Position numbers and translations under genes: made by a program | Assembly (NCBI RefSeq): GCF_009914755.1 | Contig: NC_060939.1 | Origin: the human T2T-CHM13v2.0 reference genome, Homo sapiens | DNA length: 64,000 nt | Reading direction: 5' to 3' (one strand) | The notes under the pieces: generated by a model | Databases searched by the model: none | What the model was told of the DNA's origin: nothing | The model's input: only the letters and a program-made list of their open reading frames with translations | Shown here: piece by piece, positions 1 to 13,959 of the stretch | How positions within the stretch are numbered: the first letter of the stretch is position 1 | Layout of the letters: each line of letters begins with the position of its first letter

Positions 1-824
1 CTGTCAGTTGACACCAGGACACATGGGGACCATCTAGGAATTCTCAGAAATGTCCCCAAAAACAGTTAAAGTGTGGTCATCAAAATGAGGAATGAGCTGA
101 AGCTATCTTAATAGTTAAGCCAAAGCTATCCCAGAAGTCTGGGACTTGGGAAAACTGTGTCAAATGGCCACGGACACTGCTCATATTGATGAAAAACACA
201 GAAACCATGTTGTTCTGTGAGTACAGTGGTGCCCATGTGCACACCAAGGTAGACAAACCACACCTAGTTTCAGAAATGCTGATTCGGCTGCCCTTACCAT
301 CTTCCATAATTCCTGGCACACTTCCTCATCTCCCTGCCTCCTCTCCTATAATCTTCTCTTCAAATCTGCCTGGCTGTGTAGCAATTAGCAAGCCTGGTGG
401 TGCAGGTCCTACAGAGCCTGGCGGCTACACCGTCAGTCAGCAGCTTTATGCCAGCCAAGGAACGTGGGAGGCTGTGATGATTTATTGAATGTATTGTTTC
501 TACTAATATGAGTAAACAGGCCAAACTACTTTTAAAAAGCCAGAAGTGAAACTACTTCTCCTGGGGAATCATTAATATAAAACAAAATGATTGGTGGAGA
601 GCTTGAACATAATATCATGCTAAATGTATAATAGTAGAAGGTTAAATTGCTTTCTGCTATCTGTTCTTTTTGTCTTACAGTCTAACACTCTGTATGATAT
701 TATCATTAAACCACATAAGATGTTACTTCCTCATTGTCCTGAGACTTGATTAAATACTTCATTTTGGTTCTTTAAGTTGCTATTTTTTTGTGGGGGGTGG
801 GGGGCGGCGCTTATTTCTATTTTT

Positions 825-1502
825 AAAATTTATTATTACTGAATTAAATTTACATATAGATAATGAGCTTAGAAAAATATATTCACCCGTGAAACCACTA
901 CCGTAATCAAGACACAGAATATCTCCATCATCCCAGAAAGTGGCCTTATGTTCCTTTCCAGTTACTCCTAACCAAATCCATCCCCTGCAAGGTCAACTCT
1001 GTTCTCATTTCAAAAATTAGTTCTGTCTGTTGCTGAACTTCATATAAACAGGAGCAGGCTGTATGTGGTCTTTGGTGTCTGATTCCTTTGCCTAACAGGT
1101 TTTTAATATTCATTCATGTTGGTGTATGCCTCAATGATTTATTCATTTTTATTGCTGAGTCCTATTCCATTATATACATGTAACACAATGTGTATATTCA
1201 TCCTACTGTTGATGGACATTTGGGGAGTCTCCAGTTTGGAACTATTGTGATTAAAAGCTGCTATAAAGGTTCTTATGCAAGTCTTTTTGTAGGTATGTTT
1301 TCATTTGCCTTGGGTAGGAGTAGAATTGCAAGATCAAAGAGTAGACGTATGTTTAACGTTAAAAGGAACTGCCAAACAGTTTTCCAAAGTACTCACAACG
1401 TTTTTCATTTCTACCAGCACAATATGAGAGCTCTGGTTGTTCCACATCCTTGATGCCCTCTTTGTTAGCCATTCTAACAGATGTGAAGTGACATTTTGTT
1501 GT
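825..1502 (-). mobile_element. Old L1M (L1MB/L1ME-like) LINE 3' fragment, interrupted by an MST LTR
   Basis: Antisense L1 3' motifs (gatggacatttggggagtctccagtttgg; ggaactgccaaacagttttccaaagt; gttgttccacatccttg). Boundaries approximate. Confidence 0.75.
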
Positions 1503-1929
1503 TGATGTAGTTTGTATGTTTGTCCCCTCCAAATTTCATGTTGAAATATGATCCCTGGTGTTGCGAGTGAGGCTTAGTGGAGGTGTCTTGGTCACAGGGG
1601 CAGATCCCTCATGAATGGCTTGGTGCCCTACTTGCAGTAAAGAATGAGTTCTAACTCTATTAGCTAACATGAGAGCTGGCTGGTTAAAAGAGTTTGGCAT
1701 CTCCTCCTCCCTCTATCTCTTGCTCTCTCTCTCACCATGTGACACGCCTGCCCCACCTTCACCAACCACTATGATTGTAAGCTTCCTGAGACCTCACTAG
1801 AAGCAGAGGTCGGCACCATGCTTCTTGTACAGTCTGCAGAACTGTGAGCCAAAATAAACCCCTTTTCTTTATAAATTACCTGGCTAGCCTCAGATATTCT
1901 TTTACAGCAACACAAAATGGACTAACACA
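1503..1929 (+). mobile_element. MSTB-type solo LTR (ERVL-MaLR)
   Basis: Starts tgatgtagtttgtatgtttgtcccctcc and ends ggactaacaca (TG...CA termini). Internal MaLR motifs (gtaagcttcctgag, gaactgtgagcc, aataaa). Splits an L1 fragment. Confidence 0.9.
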
Positions 1930-2260
1930 ATTACAGGCTTAATTTTATTTCCCTTATGATGATGTTGATCCTATTTCCATGTGATTATTGGCCATTTGCA
2001 TATTTTGTTTCGAGAACTCTCTATGCAAATATTTTTTCCATTTCATTATTGAGCTGTTATCTTTTTATGCTTTGGTTATTTATAGATATTTTTACACATT
2101 CTAGATAAAGTACTACTATGTTCTCCAGTCTGTAGCTTACCTATTTATTTTCTTAACAGTACTTTTTAATGAGAAGTTTTTAGTTTTGACAAAGGCTATT
2201 TTATCAACCTTTTTATTTTATATGTAGCATTTTTTCATTTCCTCTAGGCAATCTTCACTT
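1930..2260 (-). mobile_element. Continuation of the old L1M fragment
   Basis: tattggccatttgcatatttt and tacacattctagata continue the antisense L1 sequence after the LTR. Confidence 0.65.
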
Positions 2261-2398
2261 ACCTGTTTGAGTGGTTTTTCGGCTGAATCTTAAAAAAAAA
2301 AAAATTTAAAGTGTTCTCAATAATAAACATTGCCAGATTACCTATGTTTTTAAAAATATCCCTTTATTTGTATTATTTTTATTTTAGTTACCCGAATG

Positions 2399-2592
2399 CA
2401 GTGGTGTGCTGGTAAACTGATTTCAGATTGGGCAGGGGAAGCCCTGATTTATAGTATTTGTCAATTTCCATGGTGTGCATACTCCCACCATGACTGATTT
2501 TAAACTGTGATTTAAAAACTGGGTCACAAAATTCCTGAATATTTGACAATGGGCTCTCATTAGCTATTATGAGCCCTTCCAGAACACCACTG
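2399..2592. mobile_element. MER63-like hAT-Blackjack MITE
   Basis: Terminal inverted repeats cagtggtgtgctgg ... ccagaacaccactg are visible directly. Confidence 0.8.
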
Positions 2593-3614
2593 CAAATGCT
2601 ACATGAACACATGTGGCCAAAGATAAACCCTTAGGGAAAGGTTGTTCCCAGGAACACTAGAAAGATGCCATGTTTTGAGAGACACTTGGCCACCCAAATT
2701 GGAGCAACAGTGACCATGACTGACCTCAGAGCCATATCTGACTTCCAACTATGGTTCATATACACAGAAGTGCAGATCAGAGTGATGTGAAAGCCAAAAA
2801 ATTCAATGCTGAAAATGATGAACGCACTGTCCTGGTAAATTAGTTTAAGAGTAGAGGGTCTGCTGATATTCCAATTATTGATAAGATGAAGAGGCAACTA
2901 TCACCTGAAAATGCTAAAAGGAAACTGTATGGGAAACTGGAGGACCTCATAGGCTGGGACAAGAGGATAGACACTGACACTATAGACAAAGAGAGCGGAG
3001 TAGGGACCAAAAGAGAACGACACGGGAAGCCTTGGAACCCATGGATGTATCTTCTACTAGTAAGTTCCCCTGGAGTAGGAATTCAACATTAAACCAGAAA
3101 CGCCAGTGAGAAGGTAAGTGGATATGTATCATCCACCCCTGCTGTGGCAAGGTACATGCTGATGTTAAGCCACACGAAAGGACCATGGGCTCAAAACACC
3201 TTTGAGTAATAAGGAAGAGTCTCATACATTACTTTCTTTTCATCAAAAAGATAAGAAAATTTATAGGAATCTTCTACCATGGTAGTAAAGAAAAAGAGGC
3301 ATTTCATAGCAATCATTCTGCAACAAATTTTCATGTTAGAGTGGGGAAAGCCTGGAGATTTACAGCTGCATATGGTTCTCTGTAGCAGCAATAACAGAAA
3401 TAGGGAGCAGGGAACACATTTTGAAAAACGTGTATTCTTTCAAAACTAAGCTTTGACCAATTATAGACAGATTTAGAAGCATTTCCAGTTTAAATATATT
3501 AAAGTTATTTCATGAAATATACTATATGTGCGTATATATACATATATTTATATTTAACTTAGTTTAAATCATCATAATAAAATGAATCCACTTATACTCA
3601 CTAACGAGCTTACA

Positions 3615-3931
3615 TAGTTGTCCCTCTGTATTCATGGTTTCAGCATCTGCCTGCAGATTCTGCAATCCACAGATTACAAATATTTTAAAAAACAATTAAA
3701 AATAACGATACAAAATTTAAAATAATGCAAACTTAAAAATAGTACAAGAACTATTTTCATAGCATTTACATTGTTTTAGGTATTATAGGTAATCTAGAGA
3801 TGATTTAAAGTATATGGGAGGATGTGCATAGGTTATGCAAATACTGTGCCATTTTATATAAGAGACTTGAGTATGGGGCATTTTGGTATCCACAAGGAAT
3901 GAATCCTTCATGGAATACCAAGGAACAACTG
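3615..3931 (-). mobile_element. MER2 / Tigger-family (TcMar) DNA transposon relic
   Basis: Core ggtaatctagagatgatttaaagtatatgggaggatgtgcataggttatgcaaatac. Inverted termini (tagttgtccctc / ggaacaactg) followed by TA. Confidence 0.85.
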
Positions 3932-4769
3932 TATAATAAAACTTCCCCAGTGCCAATACTTGATATTCATTCCTTGATCCCGTTTCCCCACTTCCCTCCG
4001 TTCATAGAGGAAACTTTTCTTCATTTCAGGCCCCAGTGGTTTTCCTAACTCTGCTATCTGCTCAGCCATGAACTAAAAGGATGTTGTTGTTGTTTTATAA
4101 TTTATCCCACAGTTTTATGTGTCCTATATTAAGACATTTCTTTCACACTAGTGTGTCAAATTTTTAGAAACAGGGAGTCCATATATTTTTAGGATCCCTA
4201 AATAATAGGCTCGTAGGGGACCTGCTCATCAAGGTGCCCTCACCCATGTGCTCTTTCTCAGAGAAGCTGCCCCACCCTCTCCAGCTCAGCCAGCTGCAGA
4301 GTCTGGACCTCATCCACACCCCACTCCTGTTTACAGCTGATTACATGAAGCTTAGACACCTGAAACAAGCAGAGCTTGATAACAGGAAAATGGAGATCTA
4401 GGTAGCTCATCTTGGCCACTGGGTTTGGGAAGTTATGTAGGACTGGGGCTGAGGGTACTGCTTTCTGTCGTATTTACTCTCTTCTGCAGAAAGAAAAGAT
4501 GAAGGGGAGGAACTTTCTAGTCTAACTCTCTCATGATTCCTAGTCGTACTTCTTGCCTATTGGTAATACATGCTGCTCTTTTATCTTTTTAATGACTGTA
4601 TCTTTTTTACATTTTTGTTTCAAAAGTTTTAATGGGGTTCTGTTTCATGAACTAAGTTTCTCTGATAAATGCAAGCTCATGTTGACTTGAGGAGAAAGAA
4701 AATGCTGATAGAAGCTGCAGTGGCCCAATGTGAGAATAAATGAAAGTCTAGCCAGGAAAACATCAACTT

Positions 4770-5200
4770 CTTCAAGCATTTCCAACAGACAGAATTTAAT
4801 GCAGGGAGGTGGTAACCCAAGTGATAAAGGAGCTGAGCACCAATCAGAAGATGATGAGAAACCCAGAGATTAGCAACAGCAGGAAGCCACTATCATGCCT
4901 AAGCTAGAGGGACAAAAAGAGCAGGGGGTGTTACTGGAACCAAAGGTTTGGGTTTTACTGGGAGGTGGGGTTCTGGAACCATGAAGGGCCTGTCTGGTGA
5001 GGGATGTAACCAAGAGGGAGGCATAGCTACTGCCAAAGAAACCATCCACGGCAGAGTGGGAGGGGAGAAATGGACTTCTGGACTTCCTCCTTTCCCCATT
5101 CTGCAATTTTCCTGTTAGTGTCTTCCACTAGGTGAATTCAGCCAGAAGCCAACTGACGCTGATTACTATAATGTGGAGAAGAGCAGAGGAAGGAAAGAAA
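4770..5200. mobile_element. Ancient LTR fragment (family uncertain)
   Basis: agattagcaacagcaggaagccact...ctagagggacaaa and ccactaggtgaattcagccagaagcca resemble old mammalian LTR consensus segments. Confidence 0.4.
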
Positions 5201-5249
5201 TGAATCTGAGGTCCAGGACTGGTACAGTGTAGACGCAAGGCATTCTTCT

Positions 5250-5590
5250 CTCTTTGTAAGCAGAGTAAAACAATCATGAATATCACGTATATGGAAACAA
5301 CATAAGTGGCCAATGATAGGTAAATGGTTAATTGGTTATAAAATATTATGTGGCCTTTAAAAATAATATTAAAAAGAATTTGCAATTATATGAGAAAACA
5401 TTAAAAGTTGAAGGTTAAGTAAAAATTTAGAAAAATATTACATATAATTTCAGCTACTTAAATTATACATAGAAAACAACTGCCAAGTATGTATATCAAA
5501 AGGTAAATATTGTTCTATTTTAGGATAATGGATCTTTGTATTTTCTTATTTATATATATATTTTTTGTATTGGGAAAATTATCAACATTG
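5250..5590 (+). mobile_element. Very old L1ME 3' fragment
   Basis: A-rich decayed L1 3' end (ggtaaatggttaattggttataaaatattatgtggcc). Confidence 0.45.
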
Positions 5591-5724
5591 AGCATCCATT
5601 ACTATTATAACTGGAAAAAATTATCTTTATCACCACTTGGAATATGGAATCCACTGGGGAAATGAACACAGCTCCCAGGAAGTTTATCTGCCATTTGGTG
5701 ACATGACTATTAGAAATGATAGTC

Positions 5725-5890
5725 ATGATGCTCTCATCTTCCTATAGTATTTTGCATTTTATGAAACACTTGTACTGTTTTTTCTTTATAATCTCATGAG
5801 CTAGCTTTTCCTGTCTTGCAGAGAAAGAAATAGAAATGTTACAAGATAAGACTAGTACTGTAAGTGAGAGCCAAATTCAGAGCCTTGGTG
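5725..5890 (-). mobile_element. MIR SINE fragment
   Basis: Decayed core (cttgcagagaaagaaatagaa ... gtaagtgagagccaaattcaga). Confidence 0.45.
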
Positions 5891-5919
5891 TCCCTTGCCA
5901 AAGCACTCTGGGAGTCAGT

Positions 5920-6290
5920 ACTCTTCTCCAACTGCTTCAGAGCTTCCTCTTCAAGACACATGGTAGGAATACACTTTTCCACTTCCTGGGAAGTGTGGTC
6001 ATGTGACTTGCCTTGGCCAATGAAATATCAGCACAAATAATGTCTTTTACTTCCCAGTAGAAACTTTAAAAGCTGGCATACAATTAGTGACAGTCTCTTT
6101 CTACAACTATGGTCATCATGGGAGCACATCTAGAATGAAGCCTCCATAAGCCCAGGCCTCTGAGAACCCCATCTATTCACCTGCTTTGGGCAATAATATA
6201 GCATGAACAAAAAATAAGCTCCATTGGGTTAAGACACTGAGATTTCAGGGATGTTTGTAAAGTCTAACCTAACCCATTTTGATCAAAACA
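5920..6290 (+). mobile_element. MLT1I/J-type solo LTR (ERVL-MaLR)
   Basis: ggtcatgtgacttgccttggccaatgaaat and 3' motif gttaagacactgagatttcagggatgtttgt. Confidence 0.7.
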
Positions 6291-6629
6291 GAATTTATTT
6301 TCTTCAAAGCACTAAAATGTGTATCTGATATATCTATTCACATCCAAAGATAATTGAGTAGTGACTACTTGTATAAACAGTCCATATACTGTACAAAAAA
6401 TAAAAATATCAGAGCAGAATAGTCAAAGATATATGTTTTAATTGTCTAGAATAACTTTATAAGTGATACAGAAGTAATTGTGTAAACTCAAAAAGAGATG
6501 GAAATAGCAAATGTGGTTTGGAAAAAATCTCCTAAGCACTACATTTTTGCTTTCTCTTCCTCTTCTCTTCTTTAAAAAATGTAAATTGGTTTCCTTCCTT
6601 CCTGTACCAAAAAGCCATTAAGGCAGACC

Positions 6630-7353
6630 CAAATATGTAGGTGATCTGAAGTAAGCAGGCTCAAGTAGGGGTTGAGCTTGCAAGCAAGGAGGGGGGCAGC
6701 CGGGTGGGGTCAAGAGATTGATTACATACCAGGAGACTGAGGTATTGGGAGCACTGGGTTACAGCTTTCTCGCTGTCAAGGAAGAGAAGCACAAATATGA
6801 AAAGGAGAAAAGCTAAAATAGACCCTGTGGTATTGGATTGGAATTGGAAGTAGCAGTGAGAATTCATGATTTTCAATGTAGTTGAAAAATATAGAATGAA
6901 TATTATCTACATAGACACACACACACACACACACACACACATATGATTGATCCTCCGGTGTCAGGGGAAGAACAGGATGTGTCTGAAAGTGAGTCTGGAA
7001 CACCTTTTTGGGACAGAAAGTAAGGAAATGGTCAAAGAATGATGAGGAAATGCCCAGAGTTCACATACATAGGGTCTTTTATTGGCCAAACTTGGGCAAC
7101 TTGAGCATCAAAATAAATAATAAGAATTGTTTATAACCCATTGAATTAACTAGAAAGCCAAGAGTCTAGACTGATATAAATAAAGGAAAGAATAAATTCT
7201 TCAGTGAAAAGGGAAAATTCTTCCTTATGATGGGAAGCCAACTAATAAATGTAGAAGGAATGACAGTATTGGAAAACAACCATTTAGCAACCATCACAAT
7301 AATCATTGATTTGGACAAGAAACATATTGATGGGTGCAAAAACATGTGGTTAA
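6630..7353 (+). mobile_element. L1MC/L1MD-type 3' UTR, left part (host of the L1PA insertion)
   Basis: accctgtggtattggattggaattggaag; taataaatgtagaaggaatgacag; accatttagcaaccatcacaataat. Confidence 0.7.
6915..6941. repeat. (AC)13 microsatellite
   Basis: Seen directly. Confidence 0.95.
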
Positions 7354-8807
7354 TGACTTCAAACTACACTACAAGGCTACAGTCACCAAAACAGCATGGT
7401 ATTGGTACAGAAACAGACAAATGGAACAGAACAGACAACTCAGAAATAAGCCCTCACATCTATAACCATCTGATCTTTGACAAACCTGACAAAAACAAGC
7501 AATGGGGAAAACATTCCCTATTTAGTAAATGGTGCTGAGAGAACTGTCTAACAATGTGCAGAAAATTGAAACTGGACCGATTCCTTATACCTTATACAAA
7601 CATTAACTCAAGATGGATTAAAGACTTAAATGTTAACTCAGAACTATAAAAACCTTAGAAGAAAATCTAGGCAGTACCATTCAGGACATAGGCACAGGCA
7701 AAGATTCCATGAAAACAACATCAAAAACAATGGCAACAAAAGCAAAAATTGACAAATGGGGTCTAATTAAACTAAACAGCTTCTGCAGAGCAAAAGAAAC
7801 TATTATCAGAACAAACAGACAACCTACAGAATGGGAGAAAATTTTTGCAACTTATCCATCTGACAAAGGTCTAATATTTAGAGTTTACAAAGAACTTAAA
7901 CAAATTTACAAGAAAAAAAACAACCCCATTAAAAAGGGTCAAAGGACATCAGCAGACACTTCTCCAAGGAAGACACTTGTACAGCCAACAAACATATGAA
8001 AGAAGCTCAACATCACTGATCATTAGAGAAACACAAATCGAAACCACAGTGAGATACCATGTCACACCAGTCAGAATGGTGATTATTAAAAAGTCAAGAA
8101 ATCACAAATGCTGGCGAGGCTGTGGAGAGATAGAAATGCCTTTACACTATTGGTGGGAATGTAAATTTGTTCAACCATTGTGGAAGACAGTCTGGTGATT
8201 CCTCAAAGACCTAGGAGCAGAAATACCATTTGACCCAGCAATCACATTACTAGGCATATGCCCAAAGGAATATAAATCATTCTATTATAAAGATTCATGA
8301 GCATGTATGTTCATTGCAGCACTCTTCACAATAGCAAAGACATGGAATCCACCCAAATGCCCATTAATGGTAGACTGGATAAAGAAAATGTGGTGCATAC
8401 ACACCATGGGATATTATGCAGCCATAAAAAGAAACAATTATCATGTCCTTTTCAGGGACATGGATGGAGCTGGAAGCTATTATCCTCAGGAAACTAATAC
8501 AGGAAAGGAAACCAAATACTTCATGTTCTCACTCATAAGTGGGGCCTGAACAATGAGAACACATGGACATAAGGAGAGGAACAACACATACTGGGGCCTG
8601 TTGGGAAGGGGCGGGGAAAGGGAGAACATCAGGAAAAATAGCTAATGCATGCTGGGCTTAATACTTAGCTGATGGTTTGACAGGTGCAAGAAACCACCAT
8701 GGCAAATGTTTACCCATGTAACAAACCTGCACATCCTGCACACATACCCCAGAACTTAAAAAAAAATAAAAAACCTTGGCTGGGAAATAGAAAAAAAAAA
8801 AAAAAAC
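7354..8807 (+). mobile_element. 5'-truncated primate L1PA (about L1PA8-L1PA13): ORF2 C-terminus remnant, 3' UTR and poly(A)
   Basis: ORFs 7227-8549 translate to L1 ORF2p pieces ([48 protein letters not shown]) broken by stops and frameshifts. L1PA 3' UTR and A tail present. Degraded TSD at 7338-7353 / 8808-8823. Confidence 0.95.
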
Positions 8808-9245
8808 AAAGAATCGTGGGTAAAAGCTAAATGAGGAATGGGATTTTACATTGTGTCAAAGTACAACCCATATTATATTTATTAATAACAAAGAAAGAAT
8901 AATTTTACAGTGAAGAAATCTGGCAGGCACCATTTCAACCAAGTGATCAATGTTAACACCGTCAGTAACATGACAGACATTGTGTGCCACTTGAGAGAAT
9001 GCATTGCAAAGAACACAGCATTCGTGGTATTCCCTCCATAAAATATATCATTGATGTCTAATCATGAGGAAACTTTGGAAAACTTAAATTGAAGAACATT
9101 CAACAAAATGACTAGTCTACAATCTTCAAAAATGTCAGGGTCATGGAGGTCAGGGAAGACTAAGGAGGAAGAGCATATGGGAGGTTTTTGTACTCTTCTT
9201 GCAACTTCTCTGTAATTTGGAACTGTCAAAATAAAATATTAAACA
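8808..9245 (+). mobile_element. L1MC/L1MD-type 3' UTR, right part
   Basis: ttttacagtgaagaaatctggcaggcaccat ... tactcttcttgcaacttctctgtaa ... aaaataaaa; collinear with 6630-7353. Confidence 0.7.
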
Positions 9246-10760
9246 AATCTATTAGCACAGCACAATAGGTTCACAGCAGGCACTAGAGGAGGGAGGGTCC
9301 AGTGGAGCTGAGGAGGACCCTGTGCCAGAAGAGAGACCTTAAGGCATCATCAGCATTTCTCACAGTGTCACCCAACAAAATCAACCCTCTTGTGAACTTC
9401 CAGTGTTCCATTGCAATAAGTGGGTGATGGGCACTAATGGTGGTGCTGGCTGGGTAAAGATGCTTTCCAATTTCTGCAAATTCCCCATTTGGAAGAGTCA
9501 GATAAAAGAAGAGAATTCAGTGAGTACAGGCCAGGGAAGCAAGAGGAGAAGGGCACAGCAGGCGAACGAACCAGGGTCCAAGAGAAGCTTCAACCCAAGC
9601 CGCTAAGCAGACAGCAGCCCTGATGAGAAAAGCAGGAGCACAGAGGACACGTCAGATGGTAGTGAAAGAGCTTGCAGCTGGGGATCCCTGCAAAGGAAAA
9701 GAAGTACAAGGTAGGGGCTGAGAAGCCACCACCAGATAGCCAGGGTGCAAAACTGGGGGAAAGGAGGCCAGATCAGAGAACCAAAGTGAAAATATGTAAA
9801 AACGAAAGACAGAAAGTAAAAATATATCAAGTTGATGAGAAGCAAAAGGTCAGCAGGGCCTCACAGAGATAGGTGGATTATTTATTGGTGTTAGAAAGTG
9901 AGATTACAGAAAATTGAAATAAATTCTGTGCCTGAGAGTTTATGGGAAAGGCTGGCAGATGGGAGACAGAAATATAAATTCCAGGAAGGAAAAAAAGGCA
10001 CAGCTAGGAAAAGCAAGGGAGTGTACACGTTGATAATATAAAGATTATACTACCTGGAATGTGATAAAGCATCAAATTTGGAGAAACCATAGTCTAGTGT
10101 TCAAAATTGGCAGGGAAAAAGTAGCGACATTTCTCTTTAAAATTGCACCCTAAAGACAAGAAGCTGTTCTTACTCTGTAAAGAGGTGAACATGCTGTGCT
10201 CAAAACATCATTCTGGAATCAGAGGAAGTAAGAAGAAAGAGGGAAAGCCTCATGTGACATTCTTAGTCAGGAACCTCGGTCTTCTGATCCAGCTGGTGGG
10301 AAGACACACAGAATTTACCTCCACAGCCTGAGGGCATTCATCTTAGCATCCTTAGTACCTGATACAAGAGCCAGTCACACAGCAGTTGCTCAATAAGTTT
10401 TTTCACTATCTGAAGGGTGAAAGTTTTCCCCAAAGGATAAAGGCAAACAATGAAAAAAGGGAAGAGTCTCTATTATTAGGTGAGATCTCTGGGAGAGTAC
10501 CAGGAATAAATAATTATGGAGTAAAAAGTTACATTAAGGCTACCTTTTAGGATTTCATTTTAAAACATTTTGAAACAAACTTGCAAAGATTTTAGTCAGC
10601 AATTTACCACCATAAATTGTTTCTGTAAAACTCCTAGCAGATGCCAATGAATGTACCTAGAACAACTCCTACACATTCTTCTGTGAAATTCATTTCCCTG
10701 GTCTCTTTCCCCCTCCCGGTCCTAGCTTAGGTTGGAAGTCATATTACCAGGATATCCAGA

Positions 10761-11223
10761 TGTAGCAGCACTAGTGGTCGCCCACCCGCAACTGCTCAGT
10801 CTACCCCCAAAGACTCCTGCAGACAGTTGTCCTTCACGCTGACTGCCCACTGTAGCCCCTGCCTAAGCAAGAGTCTGGCTGGAGAACAAGTCCAGCCAGA
10901 GTGCTCAGGCAGCAGAATGCTTGAGAGGTAGTGTCCCTGGAAGGAACTTCCAACCAGCAAGAACCGAAGATGATGGCTTAATAGCCTAGTGTCCACACCC
11001 TCCGCTGGGGGCAATTCTGAGATGTACTTCTCACAAACTCAGAGGGTCCTGAGCATGGTTGAGCTGTGGATGCCACTGTCGTTACCAAATTCTGTACTGA
11101 TCTTCTTCCTGCCTCACTGCTCCACTGCTTCACAGTGCTCCCTGGGACCAGGCTCCCAAATTAACGACCTGCATTCAAACCCTTATATCATAATTTGCTT
11201 TAGGGGAGAACCAAACTAAGACA
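10761..11223 (+). mobile_element. LTR16-family solo LTR (ERVL)
   Basis: tgtagcag start; 3' end ctcccaaattaacgacctgcattcaaaccc...ggggagaaccaaactaagaca is typical of LTR16. Confidence 0.75.
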
Positions 11224-11384
11224 TCAAGGATGGGAATGTGACCTAAACAAGGGCAATCACAGTCCTGCCTTGAATGTTTTCAGATTAGAGCTAAGGGAAT
11301 AAAGCCTCTTCTTGTTGGAGAATCTGGGAAAATGAGAATAGTTGCTGGTGATAATCAGGGTTCCGGTTTGGCAGAGAAAGCTGG

Positions 11385-11755
11385 TGTATTAGTTCATTTT
11401 CACACTGCTATAAGGAACTACCTGAGACTGGGTAATTTACAAAGGAAAGAGGTTTAATTGACTCAGAGTTCCATATGGCTAGGGAGGCCCCAGGAAGCTT
11501 ACAATCATGGCAGAAGGGGAAGCAGGCATGTCTTACATGGCAGCAAGCAAGAGAAAGAGAACATGTAAAGGAGGAACTGTCAAACACATAAAACCATCAG
11601 ATCTCGTGAGAACTCACTATCACAAGAACAGCATGAGGGAAACCACCCCCATAATCCAATTACCTCCCATCAGGTCCCTCCCTCGACACATGGGAATTAT
11701 GGGGATTACAATTCGAGATGAGGTTTGGGTGGGGACACAGATCCAAACCTTATCA
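11385..11755 (-). mobile_element. THE1D-type solo LTR (ERVL-MaLR)
   Basis: Full-length antisense THE1 sequence. Perfect 5-bp TSD GCTGG at 11380-11384 and 11756-11760. Confidence 0.95.
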
Positions 11756-12087
11756 GCTGGTATGGGTGAATGAATCCATATGCCCATGCAGGTGTATTAC
11801 ATTGTACATTCTCAGCAAGGTCAGTAGGATGTGAGGGGTTACTTCCCCTATTTCTCTAAGTTTCACTAGAGACCCCAAGGCTCAATTTTAATAAAACAGA
11901 TGTCAGAGACCCTCCTCCAACCCCATTTTATTGAGCTCCTCAGCTCAGGAGATTTAAAAAACGCTTTGCCAAATATAAGTTGTATAGGGAAGAAGGCAAA
12001 TAATGCATTGAGGGTTCCAAAAGTTGTAGTGCCTCAATGTGCCACCACTACACACTCATTAGAGCAACTCAAGTTAAAGTGCTGGTG

Positions 12088-12737
12088 AGGATGTGCAGCA
12101 TCTCGGACTCCTAAACACTGCTGGAAGGGATGTGAAACAGCACGACCACTTTGGAAAACAGTTCAGCAATTTCTTAAGATGTTAACTATATAGGCATCAT
12201 ACAACCCAACCATTCCATCTCTAGGTATTGATCCAGAAGAAATGAAAGCATATGTTCACACAAAGACTTGTATGTGAATTCTGATAGCAGCTTTTTATGT
12301 AATAACCCCAACCTGGAAGCAACCTAAATGTAAGTATGGTACACCCATACAATGGAATACTACTCAGCAGTAGAAAGGGACAAACTTTTCAAACACACAA
12401 TAACCTGGATGAATCTCAAAATAATTATTCTAAATGAAAGAAGAGAAGCCAACCCTCCCACCCCCTCAAAACAGAAAACCAAACCAGACTGATTCCATTT
12501 ACACAAAAATCTAGGAAACATAAAGTGAGGAAGCAGATCAGTGGTTGCCTGAGGACAGGGGTCAGGGAGGCATGGAGCACAGAGTGGCATGAGAAGACCT
12601 TTGGGGTAATGGATATGTCATTATCATGATTGTAGTTTTAGTCATGCGTGTTTGTGTATGATAAATCCATCAAATTATACATCTTAAGTATGTGCAGTTG
12701 TTTCATACATCAATTATGCTTCAATGAAGCTATAAAA
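12088..12737 (+). mobile_element. L1MB/L1ME-type 3' fragment
   Basis: ccactttggaaaacagtt; gaaatgaaagcatatgttcacacaaagacttg; caattatgcttcaatgaagct. Flanked by 12-bp direct repeat aaagtgctggtg. Confidence 0.85.
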
Positions 12738-13149
12738 GTGCTGGTGCATATATTTTGAGAGACAGTTTATGTGCCATATATTCCCTCATAACCTCCCCTC
12801 TGAGGACAGAGGTGCATCCCCCTCTTTTTCAGCGAAGTGAGAAGGACTTGAAAGGACCCACTCAGAAAGTTTGATATATGTCCTCTGGAATTTGAGAGAT
12901 GAAGAAGATGGCACCTAATCTACACCTAAAAAAATCTGAATGCAAGAAACTGTGGCTCCATCAGCCTAAGGGGGCAGAAGAAAGAGAGAAGAGGCCTGCA
13001 TAGGAGATGGATGTGTCTCCACCAAAGGTGGGCAAATGAGTGTTTCTTGTGGGCCAGATAAGGTCCTCTAGAGAAAGGAGCCAGACTAGGTCATCTTGCA
13101 GGAACTATACAGATAAATACTGTAGGGCGACATAACCCAACAGACAGGC

Positions 13150-13947
<798 letters not shown>

Positions 13948-13959
13948 CAATGTCCAGTG

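Noticed and set aside
7227-8549. Run of ORFs with real protein-like sequence
   Set aside because: Fragments of LINE-1 ORF2p in a truncated L1PA, broken by stops and frameshifts; not a host gene.
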